Origin: Scyliorhinus canicula
Lineage: Eukaryota
Direction of reading: 5' to 3'
DNA length: 64,000 nt
NCBI RefSeq assembly: GCF_902713615.1
Contig: NC_052153.1
Coordinates: forward strand, 139,293,879-139,357,878
The notes under the pieces are model-generated. The model saw nothing but the letters and a program-made list of their open reading frames with translations, did not search any database and had not been told where the DNA came from. Position numbers and translations under genes: made by a program. This document shows, piece after piece, positions 13,231-26,419 of this stretch. Within the stretch, counting starts at the first letter, position 1; the number at the start of each line of letters is the position of its first letter.

Positions 13231-14876
13231 GTAAGAAATGTAAATGCCATCACTTGCCTGAAACAAAGCTTACGGAATTCAATCTTCAGTTTGTGTTCAA
13301 GATGATGATTTTGGTTTCTGTACTGCCCCACTTTTCAGCACAAAAATGACTCATTGTCGCATCCCACCAAAAGCCTTCCAGATACCATTCTCTGTATGGA
13401 TCAAGAAGTCGGCACTTGCGCTGGTGTTTGCCTGAGCCTCATTACTATGTGCTAATAGGTGTCTTATGATATATATATATATGATGCCATTTGTGAATTC
13501 AAATGTACGGTGCCAGTGTTTCGCAAGTCTTATTCATTAACCCGAAGTGATAAGCAATCAAACCAGAAGCAGGAGTTGGATGATTACTCATCTAAGGCCA
13601 CCACAAAAATCGTCCGGATCATGGTTTTACCTCCCACACCACCACCCTGTCAATCTGTCGCACCAGGCCCTTCAACATCCTTCTGCTACTGCAGTTCCGC
13701 AGCTGGGCCACTGGATTTTCCAACACTTGAGCAACTTGTTGATTGACAGTCAGCACTCGTTTGGCACTGGCAGCCAGCTGCTTTCAATTAAACAAGAGCC
13801 AATGATTAAAATAGGCTCAGATGAGTTACATCAAGCCGGCGTTAAGATTGCTCACCTACTGACCACCTTTTATGCACTCCACATCAAAATTGCCTCCTAA
13901 GGTTTTTGGAAAAGCAAAGAAATGTTCTGTTTCTGGATGGAGGCAAAATTGCATTCTGATAGTTTCTACAAATGTTAATTCTCTGAATGGTAGAAGTTCT
14001 GTCCAGTAGTTGTGAGGTAAAAAATATCCACTAAAAACAGCAATTTGCAAGTACTTAGCACTTTTCACATAAAGACATAATAATATAAAAAACGGATATT
14101 GAGTTAAAGAAGATATAATGAGGATACATAAGGAAAAGTGATCAAAGGTTTGGTGAAATAGGTATGCCTTAAGGATGGTTTATAAGGAAAAAATGTACCA
14201 GGAAAGCTAGAACGATTTAGGGGGGGATCTTTCGCGATGGGCTTTGCAATGACTATAGAATCGGGCATCGGGAATAAAACATGTTTCATGCCAGGTGTCA
14301 AATGCACCGCGGGTCTTCCAGCCCACCCTACTGGCCCCCATGAGGTTCTTGCCCAAACCTGGTGGGAACGTGCAAATAGTTCATTGTACCTAATTTGAAT
14401 GTAATTAGCGGGCAGGGTGCCCGATTCATCGGCCTCCGAGGATGTTCCAGCCCCCAAGCTGGGAGTTCCGCTGGTGTGGATTGGTGCAAGTCCTGTGAAA
14501 AGGGGATCTGGTGGCTTGCACTCCGAAGAGTGGCAAGGTGGTGAGTTCCCTCCTTACAGTTGTGTCCACATGCTCTTTCTAGGAACCTCTTCAGAACAAA
14601 GCCAGCCTATTTTTAACAAACTACAGTTTGAAAAACAGCTGTCCTCAGAGGTATTGGAACCCTGTATAGCTACATAAATAAACAATAATATTCTTCCTGT
14701 GACACTACCTGGATCTGTCAATCAAAAGGCTTTGAAAAAGCCAATGGGCCATGAAGTTGAATGTAAGCAATGCAGTTCAGAACTTTTAGGCTTCTAAGAA
14801 TGCACATAGGCTTGAAAAATATTACAGACAATGAAAAAAACACTTCAAAGTTTTCAACCACATTAAAGGAATACAT

Positions 14877-15095
14877 TGATGCACAATCAATCACTACTGA
14901 AGTGAGATTGTAGTCCAATTGAAGGCTTTAATGAGCAAGTAGTTACCCCAGCAGCTCCGGTACAGAATGACTGCTGTGGGTGAAACACAGACTCTTATGC
15001 TCCGCCTGCTGGGAGGAACCAGCAGGCAGGTTCTACCACTCGTACTACAGTATAAGGTACATCCCACCTAGGTACCCCTAATATAGCCTACCACA
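14877..15095 (-). mobile_element. Solo LTR (219 bp)
   Basis: TG..CA ends, exact 5-bp TSD TACAT (14872-76, 15096-100), ATTAAA on minus strand. Confidence 0.85.
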
Positions 15096-15565
15096 TACAT
15101 TTACCTTCATCTCACAGATCTTTGAACTTGACATTCTAATTGACAGTTTAAAGGTTTCAGGTTACAAATGGGAAGACTCACTTTATTTTCAGAAAACTTT
15201 AATACCGACATGTTGACAGACAGTTGAAAGGGTTTAAAGGCTGCAGATGGGAAGACCAGACAAACAACCCCCATTCAAGAAAATACAGCAACCTGAGCCC
15301 TTTTAGCCCAGCCTGAGCCCCCGCGAACCTCACCACCCATGAAGGACCCCCTTGGCAACCTGGAATCTAGAGCAGAGAGGATATTTACCCTTTGCATGTC
15401 TTGGTGTGCAAGGTGCTAGTTGGCACTGCCAAGGGGCAGGGCCTGACGTGGAAACTGGGGATGTGGGGGGGTGGGGGGGTGGGGGGGTGGGGAGGTGCTG
15501 CGGGAGAGGACTGAACGGGAGGGCTGAAGGCATGGTGAAAACTGAGGGGGGGAGCCTCGCCAGTG

Positions 15566-16330
15566 ATTTGAGAAAAAAAAAATTCTCCCAAAGGAGTGTG
15601 AATCTGTGGAATTCGCTACCCCAGAGTGTGGAGGATGAAGGGACAGTGAGTAAATTTAAGGAGGAGTTAGACAGATTTTTAATTCGCAATGAATTGAAGG
15701 GTTATAGAGAATGGATAGGACAGTGGAGTTCAGGCAGGATGGGATCTGCCATGATCACATGGAAGGTGTTTAGGCTTGGGAGCTAAATTGCCTACTCCTG
15801 CTCCTAGGTTATGTGTTCTAGGCAGGAGATGCTCTGGCTGATTTCGCAATCCAGCTCTTGGTCTGTGACATTGTAGGTAGCAGATGAAGGCAGCACTGTA
15901 GCACAGGGCAGCACAGTGGTTAGCACAGTTGCTTCACAGTTCCAGGGTCCCAGGTTCGATTCCCGGCTTGGGTCACTGTCTGTGCGGAGTCTGCATGTCC
16001 GCCCCATGTCTGCGTGGGTTTCCTCCAGGTGCTCCGGTTTCCTCCCACAGTCCAAAGATGTGCAGGTTAGGTAGATTGGCCATTCAAAATTGCCCTTAGT
16101 GCCCAAAAAGATTAGCTGGGGTTACTGGGTTACAGGATAGAGTGGATAGGGTGGAGGTGTGGGGCTTAAGTATGGTGCTCTTTCCAAGGGCCGGTGCAGA
16201 CTCGATGGGCTGAATGGCCTCCTTCTGCACTGTAAAATTCTATGATTCTATATCAGCCATGATAAAATGGTGGAGCAGACTCGATGGGTCGATCGGTCTG
16301 ATTCTGTTCCTATATCTTCTGAACTTGTGA
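15566..16330 (+). mobile_element. CR1 3' end fragments
   Basis: RKKKFSQRSVNLWNSLPQSV..FKEELDRFL then 3' UTR; second tail at 16251-16330. Confidence 0.85.
15889..16250 (+). mobile_element. HE1-type V-SINE with CR1-like tail
   Basis: Full head, V core, tail. Confidence 0.92.
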
Positions 16331-17004
16331 TTGAGAGGGGGGAGGCTGAGGGACTACTGCCAGAGGCTTGCCAGCGATCCAGGGCAGCTACAACAATATT
16401 CTGAGATCGGGGTGCCCTTTAAAAACAGGGTCCTATTCTCTGAGGAGTGACCTGTCAGAGAGATTAGGCCAAGCACCTTTCAGGTCCAGCGAAAACCCTG
16501 ACCCTTTAAAAATTTTACTATGTGCCATTGAATAGCACGAAAAGCTCATCCTGCTCAAATAAAATTCAAAGTGCCGTGGAATGGCATGTCAACGTCATTC
16601 CTAGCACCAGCGGGAATCACTCCAGTTTTCTTGCTGGCGGGAGCACTTTGTCTGCAAACGGGAGAATTGGGTCCTTCGGGTCTGAATTCCAGAGCATGTG
16701 AGTGCATGCAGGATTCAAAAACAATAGTAAGAGTGGCCATGCTTTTGTGATAGGCTAAGACATCAAATTTAAAACTTTAAGAAAGACAGAAATCTCAAAA
16801 TGCAGAAGATTACTTTGAAAGCATTTATTACATTTTGTTTAAAAATCTATTTTAGAATTAGAAATTTCTGTTGCAGACAAAAAAAGGTAGAAGATGTTTT
16901 ATACAAAAAAAACTTTAGACAATTTAGCTGATTTAACAACAAGCTATGGGGAAATGTGCATGTAAGCACTTTCATTACAAATGTTGACATATGAGGAATG
17001 CAAA

Positions 17005-17730
17005 GGCAGGTTTAGAATGCATGAATGTAAACGCACGAATAGTGGTGAATAAGGTTGGTGAGTTACAAGCACAACAGGCCCTAAATAAGTATGATGCGAT
17101 AGCAATAACAGAAATGTTGCTTAAGATGGAGGACTGAGCACTTAATATTCAAGATATAAAATGTTCAGAAATTATATGGAAGGGCAAAGGGGAATAAAAA
17201 TTGCAAATGCTCCGTAGATTCTGCAGCATATGTGGAGAGAAACAGAGTTCGCATTTTATGTCAATGACCCTTTAAAAGACTTCAGAGGCAGGATGGGGCC
17301 TATTAGGGACAAGGTGGGTAACATTTGCGTTGAGGTGCAAGACAAGAATGCATAATGAGTACTTAGCACTGGTGTTTACACAGGAAGAGGAAGCTGATAA
17401 AAAATCAGTAAAAGAGGGAATGAATGGGCTGAAAATTGATAGGATGTACCAGAAAGGCTGGCAATGCGTAGAGTGTACAAATTATCTGATCTGGATGGCT
17501 TTTATTTTAAAGAATGCATGCTTAAGGACATATGGTGGAGATAGTGGAAGGGCTTCCATAATATTTCAATATTCCCTCGATATGGGGGAGGTGTGAGAGG
17601 ATTGAAGAGTGGCAAATTCAAGTAAAGCTGTCAGGCTATTCCTATTAACTACAAACTGGTCAGTTTAACATCATTGGTGGTTAAGGTTGCAGAAACAAAA
17701 GTCAAGGAAAAAAATCAACAAGCACTTCAC
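17005..17730 (+). mobile_element. CR1 ORF2 fragments
   Basis: Decayed endonuclease start (NARIVVNKVGELQA, IAITE) and NEYLALVFTQEE. Confidence 0.7.
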
Positions 17731-17962
17731 AGAATCACAGGATTCTCACAAGACAGAAGGTGGCCCTTCTGCCCATTTTTTCCTGCACCTGCACTTAATA
17801 AAGCCTACAATACCAAATGAGCAATTCATCCAGTGCCATTCCCCTACTTTCTCCCTGTAACCCTGCACAGTCTTCCTTTTAAATCAATAATCTAATTCCC
17901 TTTTGATTTCTTCAGTTGAACTTGCCTGCACCACACTGTCAGTAAATTCCAAACATTAACCA

Positions 17963-18142
17963 GGGGCTGGTTTAGCTCACTGAGCTAAATCGCTGGCTTT
18001 TAAAGCAGACCAAGCAGGCCAGCAGCACGGTTCGATTCCCATACCAACCTCCCCGGACAGGCGGCGGAATGTGGCGACTAGGGGCTTTTCACAGTAACTT
18101 CATTGAAGCCTACTCGTGACAATAAGCGATTTTCATTTCATT
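17963..18142 (+). mobile_element. Short SINE (head B + tail 2)
   Basis: GGGGCTGGTTTAGCTCACTG..GGTTCGATTCC..GTGACAATAAGCGATTTTCATTTCA. Confidence 0.88.
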
Positions 18143-18660
18143 AAATCTGTGCCCTCACATTATTCATACTTTCATGAGTGGGAATCGTTTCTCCTTGTAT
18201 CTATTCCATCCTGGCCCCTCATGATTTTGAATACCTCCATTAAATCTCCTCTCAGCCTTCTCTGAGGAAAACATTCCCTAATTCTCCAATGTACCTACAT
18301 AATCTAATTTCCTCATCATTTCCGCACTCTCTCTAATGACTTCACATATTTCCTAATGTGCAGCACCCAGAACTGGATGCAATACTCCAACTGAAGCCGA
18401 ACTAGTATCTTATATAAGTTTAATATAACCTACTTTCTCTTGTATTCAGTGTCCCTATTAATAAAGCCTGTGATACCAAATGCTTTATTAGTCACTCTCT
18501 CAACCTATCCTGCCACCTTCAATGTCTTATCCATATATACATCCTCTGTTCCTGTTTCCTTTTAGAACTGTATTTTTTATTTTGTATTGTCGCTCCATGT
18601 TCGTCCGACCAAAATAAATCATAATGTGAGGATGCTGGCGCTGGACTGGGGTGGGCACAG

Positions 18661-18822
18661 TAAGAAATCTCACAACACTGGGTTAAAGTCCAGCAGATTT
18701 ATTTAAAATCATATGATTTCAGAGCACTGCTCCTTCATCAGGGGTCACCTGACCAGTGCTCCATAAGCTTGTGATTTCAAATAAACCTGTTGGAGTTTAA
18801 CCTGGTGTTGTGAGACTTCTTA
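18661..18822. repeat. Palindromic Penelope-derived mini-element
   Basis: TAAGAAATCTCACAACACTGGGTTAAAGTCCA..TGGAGTTTAACCTGGTGTTGTGAGACTTCTTA inverted arms. Confidence 0.75.
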
Positions 18823-20151
18823 AAGTAAATCATACCACATTTCTCTGCATTGAACTTCTGCCATTTGTCTACTCATTCCACCAACTTGTCCATGTCCTTT
18901 TGAAGTTCTACATTATCCCTTCACAGTTTACAATACTTCCTAAGTTTTGTAACATTTGTAAATTTTGAAATTATGGCCTGTACATCTGGATGTAGGACAT
19001 TAATATATATCAGGAAGAGCAAGGGCCCCAAAACTGAGCCCTGGAAAACGTCACTGCAAATCTTCCTCCAGTCTGCAAATCATCCATGCACTATTACTCT
19101 TTTTTCCTGTCATCCAGCTAATTTCACATCCATGTTGCTACTGTTCCTCTTATTTCTGAACCACAGTTTTCCTCACAGGTCTGTTGTGCAGCACTATATC
19201 AAATGCCTTTTGCAAATCCATGTACACCACATCAACAACATTACCCTCATCACCTCTTTCCGATAGCTCATCAAAAAGCTCAAGGAATTTTGTTAAATAC
19301 GATTTTCCCTTAACACATGGCTTTCCATAATTAATCCGCATTTGTCCATGTTACTATTAATTTTGTCCCCAGTTACTGTTTCCGGAAGTTACTCCACCAC
19401 TGAAATGAAACTGTCTAACCTGTAGTTTCAGTGTTTATCTTTTCATTATTTTTTGGACAAGGTTGCAATATTTGCATTTTTCAGTCCTCTGGCATCACAC
19501 TAAGTTTACGGAAGACTGGAAAACTATGGCTAGTGCGTTCACAATTTTCACTCTCACTTACTTTATTACCCTTGGATGTTTCTCACTCAGTCCTGGTGCA
19601 TTATCAACTTTAAGTGTATACAGCCTATCTAATACCTCCTTCTCAATCAATTTTAACTTATTCAGATGTATTAATTACCTCCTCTTTCACCATGGCATGA
19701 GTGCATCTTCTTCCTTGATCAAGACAGATGCAATGTATTAGTTTAATAGCTCACTATTCCCTCTGTCTTCATGTGCAAATCCCCCTTTTGGTCCCTAATC
19801 AGCCCTACACCTACTTTTACATTATCTATCAGTCACTTTTCATACTCTGTCTTTGCTTCTCTTGATTTCTCTTTTATTTCCCCCACTGACCTTCTATAAT
19901 AAGCTTGGTTCTCCATTGGATTATCCATCTGATGTCTGTCATAGGCACATTATTTATTTTTCACCATCATCTCTATCTCTTTTTTCATCCAAGGATCTCT
20001 GGATTTGTTTCTCCTCTTTCCCCTTTGAGGAAACATACCTTTACTGTGTCTGAGCTGTCACTTCTTTAAAGGTAGCCCATTGTTCAGCTACCATTTTCCC
20101 ATCAACATTTGATTCCATTTTATTTGGCCCAGATCCATTCTTACTCCATCC

Positions 20152-20298
20152 AAATCTGAATAGCCCAACAATATTCATTCTTTAGACCTTTACACAAAGA
20201 ATAGTTTTTAGGGACAGCTGGAAGATATTTCCATGCAACCGTAGAATCCGTAGAATCACCATGATTCCACGGCATCACTATGAGTCAGCACCTTCAGG
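20152..20298 (+). mobile_element. LF-SINE-like 3' fragment
   Basis: GAATAGCCCAACAATATTCA..AAGAATAG..GAGTCAGCACCTTCAGG resembles the recalled LF-SINE 3' half and the copy at 50138. Confidence 0.45.
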
Positions 20299-20923
20299 CA
20301 CACTCAAGGACGATAATATTGGAAAAGCGAATGAATCATATCTGTGATCATAAATCTACCATTTTGTCAATACTTCTTGCATTAGTTCTTTCAAAGCCAA
20401 TGAAACAAACTGCCAAAGAAAATAGTCAAAGCCCCATCACTTGAAATCTTCAACACCCACCTTTAGATTATTTCCATTTATACGTTTTCATTATCAGGAC
20501 TACCACCTCAGCAGGTCAGAGCTGGGTTTATAAATATTGGTGTAACCCGTGATGCTGACACAACTAAAGCAGAAACAGAAAGAGCATGAGTGGGTGAATT
20601 GACCATGTGAGCAAAATGCAGTCATCAGGAAATGCTCAATGGAGCTCCTGATTCATGGAAGGTTTTCAAGGTCTTTTGAATTAAGATGACTCGGGTATAA
20701 GTAAAGAGGGCAATCAGCAGAACACAGTTATATAGGACAAAAACTCTTTAGGTGGATGTATCACTTTGCCTGTTGTGTAATAGGACTTCAATATGTGGAT
20801 TTTTACAGAATTCAGGAGCGATGTTTAATAATATTTAAATGTTTTATTTGTATCTATCCCATGCTATGACAAAGTGATAGATGTACCTTCTTTCCATTTC
20901 CATCAAGTGTTCTGTTATTGTAG

Positions 20924-21140
20924 CACGAAAAACCGGATTCATAATGACAAAGTATGAGCTTACCGTCAATGATGCAAAATTGTTTCAGTGATAGGAAAAT
21001 TTGTTTTAACTGTTTTGTCCCTAGCAGAAATCTTTAATTCCAAAACACTGTAAATTGCAAAGGCTTATGAGCTCTAAATGATTGTAACGTTAAAATAGTA
21101 TAGGCATGAGTATACATGATAACATTATTATTGCAATAAA
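20924..21140 (+). other. Candidate terminal exon (HEKPDS* + 3' UTR, AATAAA 21135-40)
   Basis: ttctgttattgtag acceptor, phase 0 compatible with 13166-13230. Confidence 0.2.
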
Positions 21141-21224
21141 ACTTGATCTACCAATTTTATTTTTGAACTGAAAAAGGAGTATGCTTTCTCAAGATATGTT
21201 CCAATATTAAATAAGAGTAAATCC

Positions 21225-22700
21225 TATTCTCTTCTTAGGGCATCCCTTAGGATTGTGGATGACTTGCATTCACTCCAGTTCACTGGGTTCCGAGATAGCT
21301 GATAGGTCCAATATGTGATCAACAGACTGTCACATGCAAAGCAGGTGGTGCTTGAAGGGTGGGGCAGATGAGGTGTGTGGAGGCTTGTGTGCTCTTTTCG
21401 ATGCCTCAACCTCACCTCTACATGCACCTAATGATGTGTTTAGATGTTTCCCAAATAAACCTACTCCATTTGGTTGGTCACCAGTTAGGGAGTCCCAGGA
21501 GTCTGGGCATATGTTTGATCTCTTCAAGAATGCTTTGAGGCTCTCCTACTGGGAGTCTCCTGCCATGATTGAATTCCCAATAGAACAACTGTTTTGGGAG
21601 ATCGGTATAAGGCAACCACATCCGTGAAAGAATAAGAAATAGACTGTTGCCGTGGCTCCATAACTATTCACCTAATTCACCTTTCTGAAGCACTTCTAGA
21701 TGCTTTTCAATGATATATATCATATTGGTATAAAGCAAACACCGTGGCCTGCCAAGCTAAAACTGGTTTTGGGCGATGCTTAGGCGAGGGTAGCGTTGTT
21801 GGATTGCATCTTTTGCCACTGGATTTGGAGGATCTTATTAAGGCATTGCTGATGGTATTTCTCCAATACCTCCTGTAGGTTGCTCAAGTCTCCCAAGCAT
21901 ATAGGAACTGGGCATTATTGCTGCCTAGTAAACTATGATCTTAGTTTTGAGATGCAGATCCTCAAATACTCTTTTTCTCAGTCTGCTGAAGGCTGAGCTG
22001 GCACATTGGAGGCACTGATGAATGTCATCATCTGTATCTGCCTTCATCAAATGCATGCTCTGAAGTTATGAAAAATGGTCCACATTGTCTCTCACTATTG
22101 ATCATAATCAATGGAGAAGGGGAGGTGTTTGGAGAAGTAGTCAACAATGACATGGAGCTCAGTTCATAAGCAGTTCTGCAAGTTGAAGCTCAATGACTCA
22201 GGTTGGAGTAATGTTAGTTTTGAGATCTAGGTTGAACTGTTCCCTGTCTGTTCTATAGTTTATTTCCATGCCTGTGGGTAATTTGCTGTCGGTGAGTTTC
22301 AGCATTACAGCAACAAAAATGGGAAAGATGGTTATTGCAAAAACAAAGCTTAATTTGACCTCAGTCTTCGCTGGGGGCAGCATTTTATGGACCTGTTGCA
22401 GTGACGGCAGGGCTGTAAAATGCGGCAAGCCATTCAAACGTTCATTGACTTTGGTGGGACTGGAAAAGACAGGAGGGGGCCATAAAATTCCACCCATGAT
22501 GGAGTCTGCAATGGTTTTGTTTGTGAGTATCATGGCTTACATAACATTGTGGAGTAGATGGTGACAAATATCTGAGGAAAGCCAGAGTCAAAGGTTTTTT
22601 CAGGTCGAAAGAGATCCCATTAAGAGGTTGTTCCTCGCATTTTTCTTGAAGTTGTCATGCAGTGAAGTACATGCTGCTTTGTTGGTTACATAGTAATTGC
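21225..22700 (-). mobile_element. RTE-clade LINE, decayed
   Basis: LPTGMEINYRTDREQFNL and downstream RT/3' remnants. Confidence 0.7.
22375..22495. mobile_element. Mini MITE inside RTE
   Basis: GGGCAGCATTTTATGG..CCATAAAATTCCACCC. Confidence 0.6.
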
Positions 22701-22707
22701 AAATACA

Positions 22708-23718
22708 ATCATGGAACCACTACGGTGCAGGAGGGGGCCATTTGGCCCATCATATCTGCACCAGCTCTCTAAATGAGCATTACGACTTTGCGTCATTCTC
22801 TCGCCTATTCCCCAAACCCTTGTTCATTGTTTCTACTCAAATAATCATCTAATGCTCCCTTGAATGGCTCAATTGAACCTGCCTCCACCACACATCTAGG
22901 CAGTACATTCCAGACCCGAGTCACTTACTGTGTGAAAAAGTTTTTTCTCACATCACATTTGCTTCTTTTGCAAATCACTTTAAATCTGTGCCCTCTTGTT
23001 CTTGATCCTTTTACGAGTGAGAACAGTTTTTCCTGATCCACTCAGTCCAGCCCCCTGGTTTGAATATCTCTATTAAATCTCCTTCTAGCTGTCTTCTCTC
23101 CAAGGAGAACTGTCCCAACCTCCCCAATCTATTCTCACAACTGAAGTTTCTCATCCCTGGAACCAGTCTTGTAAACCTTTTCTGCATCCTCTCCAATGCA
23201 TTCATATCTATCCTATAGTGTGGAGCCCAGAACTGTACACAATGTGCATGGTAGCACAGTGGTTAGCACTGTTGCTTCACAGCACCAGGGACCCAGGTTT
23301 GACTCCTAGCTTGGATCACTGCCTGTGCGGAGTCTGCATGTTCCCCCTTGCCTGCGTGCATTTCCCCCGGGTGCTCCGGCTTTCTCCCTAAAGATGTGCT
23401 TGTTGGGTGAATAGGACATTCTGAATTCTCCCTGTCTACCCGAATAGGCAGTGTGGCGACTGGGGGCTTTTCACAGTAACTTCATTGCAGTGTTAATGTA
23501 AGCCTACTTGTGACACTAATAAAGATTATTAGCTAATAAGGATATTATTCCAGCTGAGGTCTAACTAGTGTCTTGTATAAGTTCAGCATAACCTCCTTGC
23601 ACTTATACTCTATTCCTCTATTAATAAAGTCCAGAATACTATATACTATATTAACTGCTCTCGCCATCTGTCCTCCCACCTGTAATGACTTGTGCACATA
23701 AGCACCCAGGGTCCTGTG
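22708..23718 (-). mobile_element. CR1 3' portion
   Basis: ALERMQKRFTRLVPGMR..LGQFSLERRQLEGDLIEIFK. Confidence 0.88.
23248..23532 (+). mobile_element. V-SINE head + tail 2
   Basis: HE1-like head then GTGGCGACTGGGGGCTTTTCACAGTAACTTCATTGCAGTG..GTGACACTAATAAAGATTATT. Confidence 0.88.
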
Positions 23719-23894
23719 CAGTCTTTTCCACTTGGTTTGGTTTACAAGTTAATATTGCCTGGGTCCTTTCTTATCAGTTAGCTCATATTGCACACAGTGC
23801 TGTGGGAGGGGGAGATGAAGGGAAGAAGAATGGCAAGTGACATTTCTTAGATTTTAGAAATTTCATCGGCATTTGCCAGACAGTTAGCACAGCT

Positions 23895-24105
23895 CTATGA
23901 AAGATCTGCATTGTGCAGAGTTCTGCAATCCCATTGCCTTTCTCCCTGAATTCCTTTAAGCTGTGGGGTGACCACATCTATAAATATGCTATCCATGAAG
24001 TGCTCAACTTCATGGATGCATATCTGTAATGCCAGCTGCTGCTCAAGCTCTGAAATCCAGAGTTCAAGCTGCTGAACTTGAAGGCACTTCCTGCACAAAT
24101 GGTTG
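23895..24105 (-). mobile_element. CR1 ORF1 fragment
   Basis: CRKCLQVQQLELWISELEQQL..VVTPQ (zinc finger/leucine zipper). Confidence 0.7.
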
Positions 24106-26270
24106 TATAAGTAGCACCATTGGCTTGAGTCTACAGTTCATCAAAATTCACAGATATGCTATGGATTTGCAATATCTTTTAAAACCAGAGGAAAATTGGA
24201 GGTATTCATCATTTTTTAAAAAATTGGTTTCAATAGCTCCCTTTTTATGTTCATGTGTACACATGCCAATTCCAGGCTAAGAGGGCAGACAGGTTACTCG
24301 TTCCTATACTCGGGCTGTTCTACTTTTGAACGGCATACCCTGGCTTGCCTGCTAACATTCCCCTCCTCCCTTCTGTAGGGAAATGCTTTGCATCTGTTCA
24401 ACATCTCCAATAAATAGCCCATCTTAAATGACAGGCTCGCCATGTGGGGAAATAAAAGATCTGGGTTAAATATTTAACATTTTAATGAGTTATCGTAATA
24501 TGAATGAAAGAAATGTAAGAATTAAATTTTGGGTTTCTCAATTGAAGTGTTTCCATAAAGTGAAATAAATGTACATCATTTAAGTTGTCAAACTTTATAG
24601 GTTTGATTCTAGAAAACAACAGGGTTTTACAAGTAGAGGAACACTAAACAGTTAAACTACGCTGCCTTTCTTTATGGAGAACACTTTTCCTTTCCCATCT
24701 CGTGGCATATGTTTTCTGCAAGTTTTCAACCGATACTTTATCGTAGGTAAAAATGCTTATTCGACTGGTCTCCTATTGCCACAATGCACTTCATTGTTAG
24801 GATGTAACCAGATGCTAAACTAAAAAGCTTGATCTTTTTGTCCAAGAGAAAGCTTTCTCTGCACAAAGATAAGATTGGGTCAGGGTAGGATTGGTCCTTC
24901 CTTTTAGAAGGAATGAAACATAGCAAAAGTACCTAATGGCAGGGTAACTTAAATCACACATAGGAGCATGGCTATGTCCAAAGCTGGTTTTGGGTTTAAC
25001 ATCTTCCATTTAACATGGAACTATCTGAAATTCTATGCCAGGCAGTGCTGACAAGTCAAATCTCTAATAGCTTGTATGAATTTGCGTGAGGCTAATTGTG
25101 CAATTCAGTTAAACTTTATCTCTCGCCACAAGCCTCTTGGGCTAGTGCAGCTGAAATTGCCGTAATATACTGGTACAAGCTTCATGAGTATTGTTCATAA
25201 GTTTAAATCTGTTGTAAATTAACTTTACTACAGTTAATGCAATTTATACAAATCAAGAGGAAACTGGAAAATCCATCATTTAGTCTAGTTTGGAGGGAAA
25301 TTGGACATTAAATGATATTGATGACAGGACGAATAGTAGTAGCTTTATTGCAAGCAGTGTTGTTCGAACACAATGGCAGTTCTGTTGAATTTATATAATG
25401 GTGACAATGTCTAGTCTCTTTGCAGATAGTTGCTACATAGTACGGCTCTTATGTACTTCTAGTTTTGTGCAAAGAGGGAACATTCATTGTGCAAGCCAAC
25501 ATTTACAGGCATATCACAAAAAATGTTCCTGTTTTGTACTGTATAGTCAGCATGAACCTTTGAGCATATTTCGATTGTTAGAAACAGAAACTTAAACAGT
25601 TTTCTGACTCCGTGTAAATAATTGCTTTTTTGTACTCATTCATAATGTTTTCATTGGTGCAATGGGGAAACAAAATATCAAGTAGCTCTTTGTGCAGTTA
25701 TCACATTTCTATAAAAAAGACAATGAGTGAGTAATTGAGATAAATGCCAGCGGCTATTTTCTGTCTTTGGAGTTCTGAAATATAGGAGGCAATGGAGCAG
25801 GTTTCAATTATTGGAAAAAAAGATTCCCACCCATTTTTGACATATAATTCAAGTTTAAATTATGGTTGTATCCCACTACCCTGGTCTCAATAGGTATAGC
25901 TAGTTTTAGAAAGCTGTCCTCCGTTAGTGATGAATTTTTGGTTTCTGGATATATAATCAATATATGTTGAAGATGTAAACCATGAAACACTGGTTTAATG
26001 TAACACTAGACAAACATATGAAAGCAGCAAATCAAAATTTCCAATGACTAATATAATATAGTGCAGTAACTATTTCTCCTTGCATGTTGTCAATGGGATT
26101 TTTTAAATTTTACGATTATGAAATAATTTCTTTACTTTGCAAGAGCAACATATGTTACATGAAGTTCACAACCACAGTGGCATATAATTTTTGAATGTTT
26201 TGTCCGTTCATTTTATTCATTGCAGCATTCAAGAGAACATTAATTTTAATTAGGTAACAACTTTGGAAAT

Positions 26271-26316
26271 CACCATGTGGACATGCCCGGTTTCACCTTG
26301 TGGACATGCCCGGTTT
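26271..26316. repeat. 23-bp tandem duplication containing two GGACATGCCC decamers
   Basis: CACCATGTGGACATGCCCGGTTT CACCTTGTGGACATGCCCGGTTT. Confidence 0.9.
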
Positions 26317-26419
26317 AAAATACTGTAGAAGTGTCAGGTGACAAAGGAAGATCAAATCATTGCACTATTGGAGAAATTGAACATAAATGTGTGGCCACAA
26401 TTCATCTATTCGGAGTTTC

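Larger units (their letters stand above)
14250..16674. mobile_element. Old Harbinger-like non-autonomous relic with nested LTR, CR1 and SINE
   Basis: Ends GGAGAATTGGGTCC; 16340-16674 resembles the reverse of 56168-56350. Confidence 0.4.
17730..20150 (-). mobile_element. CR1 LINE, decayed
   Basis: KGKSYLTKFLELFDE..VDVVYMDLQKAFDIV; 3' UTR near 17730. Confidence 0.88.
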
